Assembly: GCA_017499595.2 (NCBI GenBank)
Contig: CM039005.1
Location: forward strand, 682,001 to 746,000
Length of the DNA: 64,000 nucleotides
Direction: 5' to 3'
DNA from: Psilocybe cubensis
Lineage: Eukaryota
Shown here: positions 38,136 to 51,517 of the stretch, in pieces
Layout: every line of letters starts with the position of its first letter
Position numbering within the stretch: position 1 is the first letter of the stretch
Notes under the pieces: model-generated
Databases searched by the model: none
What the model saw: only the letters and a program-made list of their open reading frames with translations
What the model was told of the DNA's origin: nothing
Translations under genes and position numbers: made by a program

Positions 38136-38534
38136 CTGACTTCGGGTGCACGTAACATCTAGGGTCGTCCTCAGCAATTTCGGCTGTGCCCAGAAATTTT
38201 AACCTTCCGAGACCATGGCAGTGTTGTCTTGCTTGATATCAAACTATGACAACATTTATTGAGCCCACATGTAATGAGGCCCATTCCATGCCATACAGCA
38301 GCCCGGGAGTGGATCAACAAGCTTATCATAGAATGTTTCAGCAGATTAAATTGGAAATGCGGTAGGTGCGGACATTTGAGTGATAAATTATGTTTGCCGT
38401 GAGCAAGATATTTAGGTCTTGATGACTGTTTTAGGAAGATGGAATGTACGGTTCATGGTTAGCAGGCATGTAGGGTCTACATCTATGAGGACTGTAAGGT
38501 ACATTATACCGTATTTCTATATGGCCGATTTGCG

Positions 38535-39000
38535 GGGGATCCTCCTGAAAAACAAGATTACATTAGTATTGCGTCACAGATAGGATTTGATTACAGTCAT
38601 AATTCGTACGCCATCGGGGTGATCTGGGAAACATGACATGGCGATCCTAATGCCTGGGAGTCCCTCCAAATCCCCAATCGAATTCCAATCCCTTCAAAGA
38701 AAGCCACATGGCCATTTACCATTGGACACGTAAGGATTTTTAGGATTTGCTCGTTCTGTAAAAAGAAACGGGAAACAGTGTATCCGGACCGGTATACCCG
38801 GACGCTCTGACTCTCTCTGACCTTCTCTGACTGCAAAGGGGAGTTATCATGCAAAGGGAGTTGTGGGTATTCTAAATATGAGTTTGGTAGATGGGAAAAA
38901 GGCTATCTATTCAGTCAAGTCATAAATTAGACCTCAGTACCGAAAAAGTGTATATCACATATTCTAACGGAGTGTGAGGCCTGATTCCACGGAGTGATAC
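38535..39000 (+). repeat. Dispersed non-coding repeat; diverged copy at ~43535-44240 (interrupted by the MITE) and a partial copy at ~48700-48850
   Basis: Shared blocks CATGGCCATT..GGATTTGCT..GTTCTGTAAAAAGAAA, GCAAAGGGAGTTGTGGGTA and GACCTCAGTACC..GTGTATATCACATATT..AACGGAGTGTGAGG. Confidence 0.75.
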
Positions 39001-41247
39001 ACCCTTAATCAGATAATCTGCAACATGATGGATAAGAAAAGAACAACAGAAGTCGCTTACTTATCTTACTGCGCCATCTCTACATTTAACTTGGGATATT
39101 CCTCATACGCTCCCGGATCTCTGCATCTAGCTCGGTGGCCGAGGATGTTATAAAACGGGGACAGCAATTGACATACTTGGTACGCGTTTTGCTTTTCCCA
39201 GGAAACAAATTTATACAGAATGAGTTAACGTATGACTCAGTTCCAGCCATTGTCGGTGGAATCACGGACGAACCAGAATTCGGTCATCTACCAGTTGTGA
39301 CTCACAACAGGCTTTGCATACACACAAACACACGCACACGTGTTACTCACGCCGCCACTGAAATGAAGCAAATGATAATAGCAAGTGGTTTCTTCATTAA
39401 ATATCAATATGTGCATATAGATGTAACAGCCCGTTAAAAACTTGAAAGAGTGTTGCTTCCAATGCGCTCGATGCTCATTAACACTTAAGCTTAGGCGCCC
39501 AAATACCAAATAAAAGGAGTGACGTCATATCAAAAATATCTATCGCGTATAGCCAATCAGGCTGTAGAATACGTACCCTCGTGTAACTATCTTTAAATAA
39601 ATAAATGCCTCTCTTCTGTTTTTCCCTGGGAAGAAGCACTTGCAGGGGTCTAATCCCAAGCATATGAGGGCAGAGTGGTGAGAACCTCTCGCTAACCAAG
39701 GCAGCGTATCTGCTTCCTGGGCCCTGTATTGATATTAACAATGACAGTACATCAGGGTTTACCGGTTACCCACGGCCTTCAGAAACAATATTTTTCGGCT
39801 GTGTGTGTCTTTTACTCCAGCAGACTGCTTGCGCTATCTATCCTAAACGATGCAATTAAGTTACTTTGTACTAAATGCAACAAAATTGTGGAGAATATTA
39901 ATACTTTAATTTTGTGAGAGTTGTACAGTATATAGCCGGTCAGTGGCTAGTTGGTGAGTGGCGTAGGAAGTCTTGCGCTGTTCCCGAAAAACACCGAAGA
40001 CGCAACCCGCTATCAAAATGTCACATTGGAGGTGTTTGGCTTCAACTGGGTTAAAAACGCCTTGAGGCTCGAACAAATATTACTCCCATGGCATGGGAAT
40101 CATGGAATGGATCCGTGACTCATCGAAGAATCATCGATTGGACCAGAAACAGTGCTTTCGACAATCGATATGAGAATCTGGAAGACATAAATAAGTCCAC
40201 CAAACGTAGAGGATGCGCCATTCAACTCCCCTTTCAAATTTGCATTTTACATCATACCCTCGACGCTTCCCATCCAGCATGTCCAACACCGACCATCCCT
40301 TCTGGACGAATTTTCCCCCCACCGGTCCCCACTATGACCCGCATCCGAACGCAGATGTTGTACGACTTCATTCCTGCCCTTCTTCTGTTTAAACGTCGAG
40401 TTAATATCAAACATCTAGCGCCGAAACGATAACCTTGGGTTAAAGCCTCAAAAGCTCAATGTAAAAAATCTTGTTCTTCAATGTGTACTTTCCTGTACAC
40501 TGATCCATCTTAAATTCCAAACAGGAGAATATTCTTTTCTTTGTTGGCGGCACTGCGCACGTTGGTCTTCTGATCAACATCTTTGAGTCCGCAAGGAATG
40601 GGGTAAGTGGTTATTAATATGGCAGTTTGGATCTGTCCTCATGAATGTTGCAGTGTATTGTAATTTGGGGATAAGACTAGGCGAGAGTTAATGAGCCAGC
40701 AGTACACTTGCTTTGTTACCAGGTAAAGTTTTATTAACCTTGTTATGTTCCTATAATCTTGACATTATCAACCACTACTCTTCAAACTATTAGCCTACCT
40801 CTTTCTGCAACCGCACCTCAACTTGATTGAAGCAATACCACAAAGGAAATGCAATAGTGAAGATGCCCGTATTACATAGTGTTAATATCTGTATCCTTTG
40901 GTCTGTGATACCCCCCAGTTAATTGAATTCCAATATGTTGTTCTGTAAACTATGGCAGTTTACAAATGAGATTCACATTCCATATTTTATATCAGTTCAC
41001 AGTTTTGTTGCACTTGCTCCCTCTTACCTGAATCCTCCTGAGTAATTCCACCACATATCTTAGACTGATGGTCTACCTCCCACCAGCAGTGAGAGGGAGA
41101 TTACTGTACTGCCGCAGGATTGTCGTTTGCTTTGCCATCAGACGGTTACACGGACTGGCGGTCTTAACCGGGGAAATGTCACGCTCGTATTATTTGTCTA
41201 ATTTTACACGCGTACGTCAACACCAATCTTACTTGGTTCAACTATCA

Positions 41248-42682
41248 ATGGTTCCCAATGTTCGACCCACCACAATACTTGCCCTTGGTGCTTTCACCTT
41301 CGTCGTGACAACCAGTGCTCTTTCTCTATTTTCCATCAAACAGTCCAAGAAAAAGGCTGTCAAATGGCCCCGTCGTGAAAAGGTATGAAATTGTCCTGCA
41401 GAACATTGTTAGGGCCAGGAATAATTTATTTTATACGTCAGCTACCCAGAGACCTCGAGACTTGGAAGTTCCTCGTCATCGAAGACTACATGGACGCATG
41501 GAATGAGCTCCGCCCTCTTCTCGCGCAGCATAACCTCGAGCTCTGGAGAACCACGATAGGACAACAGCTCTGGGAGCACGACCTGCCTCCGCATGGCGAC
41601 AACTTTCTCTACCTGACCAGTCACGACACGCCGAGTAAATCCCTGGTAAACTGGTGTAGATTCAGCGTGCTGACGGTGTGTCTGCACCACGCTGCGCGCA
41701 TGGATGGAATTCGCGATGTCGTTCTCCGCGTCGTTTCCTTATCAGCCGGAGATACAGGCCAGACGCATCTACGAATACTGAAGCGCCTGGCATCACCCCC
41801 TGATCAGCTGCTAAGCAGCAACCACATCCTACCAATATTACAAGAGATTTACTTTGAGGATATAGTCATTATAGCCGTCCCGAAGCTTATTTATAATGTT
41901 CGCGAGGTGCTACGCTACAGAAAGTCAAATTCGGTTGAGGACGCGCTGTACATGGTAGTTCAGGCTTTTGAGGCGGGTTCATGGTGTTTCTACTACCCCT
42001 GGTTCGAACACACATTGACTAAGTGGCGATAATTTACAGGCAACTGCGTATATTCACCAAAAATTCATTGCGCACCGTGTAAGTGTTCCTGTTCACCTTA
42101 AGGTCGGATATTTCGTCTTAATGCAATCTTACATACCATCATCACAGGACCTATATCTCCCCAACTTTATGGTCGAATGGATGCCAGAGTCTCTCTCAAA
42201 ACGCACGACCGTGGCTCGGCCAAGGGTATATATGATCGACTTCGAAACAGCCGTTGACTTCCTCCCGGACTCCATAGAGGCGGATAGAGTGTGCACGACA
42301 TTCCACCGGGATCTAGACCAATTCGGGCGATACATCGCACCGGAACTTCGAACGAAGGAGCCATATTGTCCTTTCAAGTTGGATATGTGGCAGTTGGGTG
42401 AAGATCTTCGGATCAATCTTGTGGTGTGTTTTTCAGCTGGAATGTCCTCAGTATACGTACAAATGACGATGCCGTTATCTGATAAATGTTTTATAGACCG
42501 GATTGGATGAGGTTGATGGATTGTGGCAGGCCCTTTGCATGCCTAATCCTCAAGACCGCATGAATGCTGACACGGCGCTTAAAACTCTCGACGATTACCT
42601 TCGCAAAACTCCCTCTATCGATCTCCACAGGGAGATTTTAAACCCGTTGGATGCCAATGAACCCATTTTTTTATATAACTGA
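41248..42682 (+). CDS. Atypical protein-kinase-like protein with N-terminal hydrophobic anchor (copy 1), 5 exons
   Basis: MVPNVRPTTILALGAFTFVVTTSALSLF, DVVLRVV, NHILP, IAHR|DLYLPNF, VYMIDFETA, YIAPE, PFKLDMWQLG and P.DRM. Confidence 0.85.
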
Positions 42683-43902
42683 ACATATCGACTTTCCCCC
42701 AAGACCACTGAAGTACTGAACGCTCATCTATTGGCTATTGGTTTTATTTGCTTTGTCTTTTGCATTTGGGTCGCCTTTATCCACTCACACTCCTTTACTG
42801 TCTTAGCTTTATCTGTGGCATTTCCAGCGCGTGAGCATTGATTGTGTCTTGCCATTTTGTCAATTCTCCATTTGTAACAGCAAGACAGCCATTGCTTAGT
42901 ACAATAATTAAGACGCTTCTCTTTTTTACGTGTATATAACATTTAAAATCTATATGAATATTTATTTTCTAGTTTCGCAAGTAGAGGAGTGGAGTTCGGC
43001 ACCTTTCATTCTGACAAAACGAATAAGCGACATTCACCCAGAGTGCCGTCTCAAAATTATAAAGGGGTACGCTGCTTTCTAGCTAGTAATTTCTTTAAAA
43101 AAAATCTCGTTTATTCTCGTATTGTAGCATACCATGTGTTAGAGAATATCACAGCATCTTAGCAAAGGGCAATCGAGTAGCTGCAATAAGTTCAAGAACA
43201 ACAAAAGAGGCCGAGACCGGACTCTGAGCACAAGCGTGCTAAAATATCACTAGCAAACAGTGCGGGCGGGTGTGTAAAGGAATAAAAAAGGTAGAAAAGT
43301 GTACGTCTAGGCGCAAGGTTAAGCTCAAGGTCGTCTGATAAAACTGTAGCTGTGCGAGTCAACTGCAAGCCTGTAAGCTATAACTGTCAGATGCTGCTCG
43401 TAATGCGATCTGTCGGAGGCCGGGTATTTCTTTTTCTTTTTCTTCTTTTTTTCACTTGACGGGCAGTTACCTCTGACCTCCAAGGGTGTTAAGGGCGTTG
43501 TGGGAGACACCAGGTGTATAATGAGGATCTCCGCGATGCGTGGGGGATCCGGCTTAAAATAATATTACATGTTGTTAGTATGATGGAGTCACAGATGGGA
43601 ATTCATTACAGTCATATTTTGTGCGCCACTGACGTTCGACGTGACCTGTGGAATTGTCAATGGAATGGCGACCCTGTGCCCGGAGCCTCACCAAAAATCC
43701 CCAGTCTAATCCGTCCAAAAAGGTCGCATGGCCATTGACCGGTGACCATTGTCCCAGCAATGTTTTTTTAGGATTTGCTACGCGTTCTGTAAAAAGAAAA
43801 GAGGAACCAAAGAGGAACCAGGTGTGTTCCCGGACCACTGTATCCGGCCGAGTGCACCCGAATTTACCTCTGACTCTCTAATTGCAAAGGGAGTTGTGGG
43901 TA

Positions 43903-44116
43903 CACGGCTTGCGCTCGTGCATATTTTCCAGAAAAATATCTATCAGTAATTATGTTTCCTGTTCATTTTTGACATATTTGCCTGGAATATAGACTTCGGG
44001 GTTGCCTAATCAGGGAACCCCGAAGTCTATATACGTCAAAAATACGTCGAAAACGAACAGGAAACATAACTGCCAATACATATTTTGCTGGCAAATATGT
44101 ATGAGCGCCAGCGGTG
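43903..44116. mobile_element. 214-bp foldback MITE with 3-bp TSD (GTA)
   Basis: CAC...GTG ends; whole element is an imperfect palindrome with core TATAGACTTCGGGGTT/AACCCCGAAGTCTATA. GTA at 43900-43902 and 44117-44119. Absent from the paralogous site at ~38868. Confidence 0.8.
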
Positions 44117-44679
44117 GTAGTAACTCTTACTTTCGTTGAGGTTGGAAAAAGGCTAGGTTATAAATTGGACCTCAGTACCAAAAAGGTGTATATCACATAT
44201 TTTAACGGAGTGTGAGGTCTGATTCCAAAGAGTGATATGCTGCTATACTCTCCAACACATGGTATGCCACAATACGAGAATAGACGAGATTTTTTTTTTT
44301 AAAAAAAAAAAGACTAACTAGAAAGCATCGTACCCTATGAAATTTTGAGACGGCACTCTGGGTAAACATCGCTTATTCGTTTTGTCAGAATGGAAGGTGC
44401 CGAACACCACTCCCCACCTTGCTAAACTAGAAAATAAATATTCATATAGATTTTTAAATGTTATATACACGTAAAAAGAGAAAAGTCTTGAATATTGTAC
44501 TAAGCAATGGCTGTCTTGCTGTTACAAATGGAGAATAGACAAAATGGCAAGGCACAATCAATGCTCACGCGCTGGAAATGCCGCAGATGAAGCTAAGACA
44601 GTAAAGGAGCGTGAGTGGATAAAGGCAACCCAAATGCAAAAGACAAAGCAAATAAAACCAATAGCCAATGGATGAGCGT

Positions 44680-46150
44680 TCAGTACTTCAGTGGTCTTGG
44701 GGGAAAGTCGATATGTTCAGTTATATAAAAAAAGGGTTCATTGGCATCCAACGGGTCCAAAATCTCCCTGTGGAGATCGATAGAGGGAGTTTTACGAAGG
44801 TAATCGTCGAGAGTTTTAAGAGCGGTGTCAGCATTCATGCGGTCTTGAGGATTAGGCATGCAAAGGGCCTGCCACAATCCATCAACCTCATCCAGTCCGG
44901 TCTATATATTATTTATCAGAGAACGACATCGTCATTTGTACGTGTACTGAAGACATTCCAGCTGAAAAACACACCACAAGATTGATCCGCAGATCTTCGC
45001 CCAACTGCCACATATCCAACTTGAAAGGACAATATGGCTCCTTCGTTCGAAGTTCCGGTGCGATGTATCGCCCAAATTGGTCTAGATCCCGGTGGAATTT
45101 CGTGCACACTCTATCCGCCTCTAAGGAGTCCGGGGGGAAGTCAACGGCTGTTTCGAAGTCGATCATATATACCCTTGGTCGAGCCACGGTTGTGCGTTTT
45201 GAGAGAGACTCTGGCATCCATTCGACCATAAAGTTGGGGAGATATAGGTCCTGTGATGATGGTATGTAAGATTGCATTAAGACGAGATATCCAATCTTAA
45301 GGTGAACAGGAAAACTTACACGGTGCGCAATGAATTTTTGGTGAATATACGCAGTTGCCTGTAAATTATCGCCACTAAGTCAATATGTGTTCGATACAGG
45401 GGTAGTAGAAACACCATGAACCCGCCTCAAAAGCCTGAACTACCATGTACAGCGCGTCCTCAACCGAATTTGACTTTCTATAGCGTAGCACCTCGCGAAC
45501 ATTATAAATAAGCTTCGGGACGGCTATAATGACTATATCCTCAAAGTAAATCTCTTGTAATATTGGTAGGATGTGGTTGCTGCTTAGCAGCTGATCAGGG
45601 GGTGATGTCAGGCGCTTTATTATTCGTAGATGCGTCTGGCCTGTATCTCCGGCTGATAAGGAAACTACGCGGAGAACGACATCGCGAATTCCATCCATGC
45701 GCGCAGCGTGGTGTAGACACGCCGTCAGCACGCTGAATCTACACCAGTTTACCAGGGATTTATTCGGTGTGTCGTGAGTGGTCAGGTAAAGAAAGTTGTC
45801 GCCGTGCGGAGGCAGGTCGTGCTCCCAGAGCTGTTGTCCTATCGTCGTTCTCCAGAGCTCGAGGTTGTGCTGCGCAAGAAGAGGGCGGAGCTCATTCCAT
45901 GCGTCCATGTAGTCTTCGATGACGAGGAACTTCCAGGTCTCGAGGTCTCGAGGTAGCTGATTTACAAAATGGGTTATTCCTGGCTGTGGCAATGTGCTGA
46001 AGGACAATTTCATACCTTTTCACGACGGGGCCATTTGACAGCCTTTTTCTTGGACTGTTTGATGGAAAATAGAGAAAGAGCACTGGTTGTCACGACAAAG
46101 GTGAAAGTACCAAGGACAAGTAATGTGGTGGGTCGAACATTGTGAACCAT
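44680..46150 (-). CDS. Atypical protein-kinase-like protein (copy 2)
   Basis: ORFs 45375-46013, 44909-45277 and 44680-44877 are nearly identical to copy 1; ATG at 46150. Confidence 0.85.
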
Positions 46151-46896
46151 CGATCGTTGAAACAAGTAGTTATGGTTGTGGGAGAATTTAAGGTTGGTGT
46201 TGACGTACGTACGAGAAATACAGTAAATGCGAACGTGACATTTCCCCGGTTAACCCCGTCAAAGCGGTTTCGTTGATGAGTTGCCAAGTAGCCTTATCAC
46301 ATCCTTTAGGGCCATGCAAGCAATTTTGCGTGTACAGCAGCGGTACAAAACCGAAAATCATTTTTCTGAAGGCTGTGGGTAAACCCTGATGTCCTTTAAT
46401 ATCAATACACCGCCCAGGAAGCAGATACGCTGCCTTGGTTAGTGAGGTTCCCACCACTCCGCCCTCATATGCTTGGGATTAGAACCCTGCAAGTGCTTCT
46501 TCTCAAGGAAAAACAGAAGAGAAGTATTCATTTAAAATTAGTTACATGAGGGCTCTACGTATTCTACAGCCTGATTGGCTAGACGCGACAGATATTTTGA
46601 TATGACGTCACTTCTTTTCTGGTATGTGGGCGCCTACGTGTTTATGAACATCGAGCAAATTGGAAGCAACATCCTTTTGTATTTACCCACAGCCTTCAGA
46701 AAAATGATTTTCGGTTGTGTAACGCTACTATACAGGCGAAATTGCTTGCATCGCCCTAACGAATGCGATAACTTTGTAACTCATCAACGAACCTGTTTTG
46801 GCGGGGTTAACCGGGGAAATGTCACGTTCGCATTTACTGTATTTCGCGTACGTACGTCAATTCTCCCACAACCATAACCACTTGGCTCAACTATCG

Positions 46897-48386
46897 ATGG
46901 TTCACGGTTCTCGACCCACCTCACTAATTGTCCTCGCTGCTTTCACCTTTGTCGTGACAGCCAATGCTCTTGCTCTATTTTCCATCAAACAATCCAAGAA
47001 AAAGGCTGCCAAATGGCCCCGTCGTGAAAAGGTGTGAAGTTGTCCCTCAGCGAAGACGAGGCATAATTTATTTTCTACGACAGCTACCCAAAGATCTTGA
47101 GACCTGGAAGTTTTTCACAATCAAAGAATACATGGAAGCATGGAACGAGCTCCGCCCTCTTCTCGCGCAGCATAACCTCGAGCTCTGGAGAACCTCGGCG
47201 GGGCAACAGCTCTGGGACCGCGACCTGCCTCCACAGGGCGACAACTTCTTCTACCTGACCAGTCACGACTTTCCGAATAGCTCCCTGGCAAGATGGTCCC
47301 ATTTCAGCGTGCTGACGGCGTGTCTGCACCACGCTGCGCGCATGGATGGAATTCGCGATGTCGTTCTCCGCGTCGTTTCCTTATCAGCCGGAGATACAGG
47401 CCAGACGCATCTACGAATAATAAAGCGCCTGGCATCACCCCCTGATCAGCTGCTAAGCAGCAATCACATACTACCGATATTAAAAGAGATTTACTTTGAG
47501 GATATAGTCATTATAGCCGTCCCGAAGCTTATTTTTGATGTTCGCGACGCGCTGCGCCATGTAAAGGATAACTCGGTCGAAGACGGGCTGTACATGGCGC
47601 TCCAGGCTTTTGAGGTGCGTTCACTGTGTTTCTGCTACCCCTGTATCGAACACACATTGACTAAGTGGCGATAATGTACAGGCTACTGCGTACATTCACC
47701 AAAACCTCATTGCGCACCGTGTACGTTTTCCTGTTCACCCGTTCTGTTCACTTTGAAGATCAAAAGTCTTGTCTTAATGGAGTCTGACATACCGTCATCA
47801 CAGGATTTATATTTAACTAACTTTATGGTCGAATGGATGCCAGAGTCTCTCTCAAAGCGCACGACCGTGGCTCGTCCAAGGGTATACATGATCGACTTCG
47901 AAACTGCCGTTGACTTCCCCCCGGACTCCTTAGAGGCGGATAGAGTGTGCACGACATTCCACCGGGATCTAGACCAATTCGGGCGATACATCGCACCGGA
48001 ACTTCGAACAAAGGAGCCATATTGTCCTTTCAAGTTGGATATGTGGCAGTTGGGCGAAGATCTGCGGATTAACCTTGCGGTGCGTGTTTTTCAGCTGGAA
48101 TGTCTTCATTACACGTACACGTACATGTACAAATGACGATGTTGTTAAATTCTCTGATATATGATTTTTAGACCGGATTGGATGAGGTTGATGGATTGTG
48201 GCAGGCGCTTTGCATGCCTAATCCTCAAGACCGCATGAATGCTGACACGGCGCTTAAAACTCTCGACGATTACCTTCGCAAAACTCCCTCCATCAATCTC
48301 CACATGGCGATTTTGGACCCGTTGGACGCCAATGAACCCATGTATATATACGACTGAACACATCGACTTTCTCCCACCTCCACTGA
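46897..48386 (+). CDS. Atypical protein-kinase-like protein (copy 3)
   Basis: ORFs 46964-47674 and 47753-48136; same exon layout, more diverged in the N-lobe. Confidence 0.85.
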
Positions 48387-49062
48387 AGTACCAAGTACTG
48401 AACGTTGAGCGTTGAACGTTGAACGCTCATCCATTGGTTAGATTTATTGCTCTTATTTGCTTTGTATGTATCTTTGCACTGCTTTCGTTCGCTGTATCTA
48501 CGGGTCTGGGTCGGGTTCGGGTCGCCTTTGTCCATTCAGGCTGCTTCACAGTATTAGTTTTATCTTTGCTATCTTGTCTTTTGCTCTTTGTTATACATAG
48601 TAATATTTGATAGCCTATCAACAGCCATTGCTTAGTACATACATGATTTCTTTGCAGGTTTCTCTTCGGTAAAAAGAATTAGAAAGGAGAAGAGGGAAAA
48701 GCAGGAGTCACGTATCCAGGATGTCCGAGGACCACTTTAATTTCTCCGGGTCGAGCCGAGTGCACCCGGACGTGCGCTATCAGGCGCTATCCCACTTACC
48801 TCTCTGACCTCTGAGCTCTCTGAAGTGCAAATAGTATATGCGAGTTGTCCAAAATCGTATCTGACGCACGTCTATGAGTTAATAAAATTGAAGGGACGAA
48901 ACGCAGATGAACTGTTCATCTAGCTATAGTTGAACAATGCAGCTGAACGGTTCATCTAGTTGGAGGTGAACAATGCAGAGGGTAATACCTATCCAGTCGG
49001 AAAAAAATGGCAGAGGAAAAATAGCAAAAATAGCATTATTATTATAAAAGACAAAACAGAGA

Positions 49063-50137
49063 CTAGAACGGCAGTTTGGGTGGTTTGGTGTATCGAGAGG
49101 GTCTGAGTGGATTCGGCTTTCTCTTCTTGTAATACTATACACACAGTAAAAGTCAGTTCACAAACAATCATATAAAACCCCAAAGAAAAAAGAAAACATA
49201 CACTCTTGTACCTCTCGATACGCGCCGGCATATCGCGCATGAGGATAGCATGCCTCCTCGCCCGTCCAGCCGCCTTGCGCTCCCAAAGATGGCCCTTGAA
49301 CATCCTCTTCTTACCCGAATACAACCGCGTACCAAGCTCCGCGCCCGGCGTCGTCTTGCCCCCTCTCCCCTTACCCGCCCCCGTGCCCGCCCAGAGCACC
49401 GGCACCTTCCACGCCGTATTCTCCTCGACCTTCGCCTGCAGCCCAATCTCCCCGATCCGCTTCTTCGCGCTGGACACTGCCTCCTGTGTCTTTTTGATCC
49501 GCTTCTCGAGGGCGCGTTTGGTTTTGCTGACTTGGCGGTGTGCAGCGCGCCGTTGGGCGACGTCGGCGGGTGATATGTTGTCAGAGGCGGATTCAGCTTC
49601 GAAGGAAGCGAGCTGGCCTGCGTCGTATTCGGCGGTGACACCCACCAGGCTCTCCTTCATCCCCGCCAGCGAGACGCGCAGCGCAGCAACCTTCGCCTCG
49701 AGCGCTGCCTTCTCCTTCTTCAGCTCAGCAGCGGCGTCCACGTGCGATACAGCGAGCTTCGACATCTTCTCCTCCAGCTCCCGCTGTGCGAGCGGCATCG
49801 CAGCTCTCACCCTCTCCGCGCGGAGCTCCGCCGCGAACTTCTTCGGTCCGGGTGGGAGCAGGTCCAGCGTCCCGCTGACCTGCGCCTTCTTCACCAGCTC
49901 CGCCTGGCGCCGCAACGAGTACTTCGCGCCGAGCCATTTACGCGCGTGCGGGTGCTTTTTAGGGAGGAAGGGGTTCGGGAGACTGATAGCGTTTTCTGCG
50001 GTGCTGGAGGTGGTGGTGGAGGCGGGGGGTTCGGGGAGAGGCCCGAATTTGCGGAGGTGTTTGTAGAGCCCTGCGATTTCCTTTGTGCGGAAGAGCCGGA
50101 TGGCGTCGAGCGCGGATTTTTGGACGGGCGTCGTCAT
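49063..50137 (-). CDS. MRPL25: Mitochondrial large-subunit ribosomal protein mL59 (Mrpl25-like)
   Basis: LPNPFLP..W...KYSLRRQAELVKKA and MFKGHLWER..MPARI motifs; intron 49201-49135; last exon YYKKRKPNPL..KLPF*. Confidence 0.85.
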
Positions 50138-50703
50138 GCCTGCTTCTGCTGCTGATGATACTCCTAACCTAAGGAGAGCACGTAGGGAGCAGAGGCGTGG
50201 TGCTACGCTTTTCAACCCTTGGGCGGTGGAGTAGGTTAGGTAGTGTTCGGGACAGCGAATGAACGACGCGATCAAACTTTTTCGGGTATTTGGTGGCTCG
50301 GGTGATGCCAAACAACGCGTATTTCGAACCTTAACCCTACATGTACATCATTGACATGGACAGGAAGGATTCGAATTTTCGTCCTTCGTTTGACTTTGTT
50401 CACTACCATCACAATGAATTGCGTCGAAACTATTACTGCCTATCTAACGTCTCTTGAACTCCTGATTAGCAGTAGATGTACAGGCAAAAGTCGTTATGTT
50501 CGCTCTGACTTGATGACAAGCGCTAAGACTGGGCAAATATGGCTGCGACTCCACGTGAACTATATCACTCTTCCAAGCTCTTGGAACTTAAGAGTCGGAA
50601 TCCACTTAAACAAGCGCATCTTAGTCTGTAGCTGATCTCATCACAATCGCCTCTCATCACATCCATCGATTCCCTAACCTCTCTCTTAACCAACCTACCC
50701 ACA

Positions 50704-51517
50704 ATGTCCTCCACAAAACAAACACTAACCGCCTACCTCCTCTCCCTCTCCAAACCACAAACCGACCACCCTTTTTTAAAATCCGCCAAATCCGGCACAC
50801 TGCCCCTACACACCCTCGGGCTCTGGCTCGCCCAAGACAGAATCTACGCCGCCCACGCCTACCCGCGCTTCATCGGCGCGCTCATCGCGCGCATCCCCTT
50901 CCTCTCCTCCCACTCCCTCCGCCACTCCCTTGCAACACCGAATAAGGAGGAAGAGGGGAATCAGCGCGTGTTGAGGGTTTTAGTAGCGTGTTTGGATAAT
51001 ATTGTGAGAGAGGTGGGGTTTTTTGGGGAGGTGGATGCCAAGTTCGCGTTGGGTCTTGGTGTGGGTGTGAGTGAGGGGGGATATGAAGAGAGGAAGGAGA
51101 CGAGGGATTATACAGCCGAGATGGCGCGCGTGTCGCTTACGGGCTCGTTCGAAGAGGGCATCGTCTTCTTATGGGCGATGGAACAGGTGTGTAACCGTCA
51201 AGCTCACCCCATCTTATCTCATCTTATCTTATCCTATCACACCGCAGGTCTACTTGGAAGTATGGACATCCATCCACACCTCCCTCACCTCCCTCCCTCC
51301 CTCCTCCTCTCCCTCTCCCTCTCCCTCCACACCCGCACTCCTAGCCTTCGCCGATAACTGGACCTCCCCCGCCTTCCACTCCTTCGTGCAGGATCTCAGA
51401 GATCTAGTAGACGCATTTGGGATCGAGCCCGGTACGGAGCGCTGGGCGCGCGCTGTGGGAGTTTGGGAGCGGGTTGGGGAGCTTGAGGAGGCGTTTTGGC
51501 CTGATGTTGATCATTGA
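50704..51517 (+). CDS. TenA/THI-4 (heme-oxygenase-like fold) family protein
   Basis: HPFL...WLAQDRIYAAHAY, NIVREVGFF, LWAMEQ|VYLEVW (intron 51187-51247), FADNWTSPAF and LEEAFWP. Confidence 0.85.

Larger units (their letters stand above)
22338..38510 (-). mobile_element. ~16.2-kb TIR DNA transposon encoding a KDZ-superfamily transposase plus cargo genes
   Basis: Perfect 18-bp TIR GGTATAATGTACCTTACA (22338-22355) / TGTAAGGTACATTATACC (38493-38510), extending imperfectly to ~70 bp. Encloses the transposase and two subterminal tandem arrays. No TSD recognised. Confidence 0.8.

Noticed and set aside
36577-38139. His/Thr-rich repetitive ORFs
   Set aside because: By-products of the tandem repeat; frames shift between monomers.
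22325-38520. Target-site duplication for the KDZ element
   Set aside because: Flanks TAAAGCA and GTATTTC do not match at any length tried.
39135-40432. Short ORFs between the KDZ element and the kinase cluster
   Set aside because: No recognisable motifs or consistent splice structure.
49206-50155. Long plus-strand ORFs
   Set aside because: Antisense shadows of the GC-rich mL59 coding sequence.
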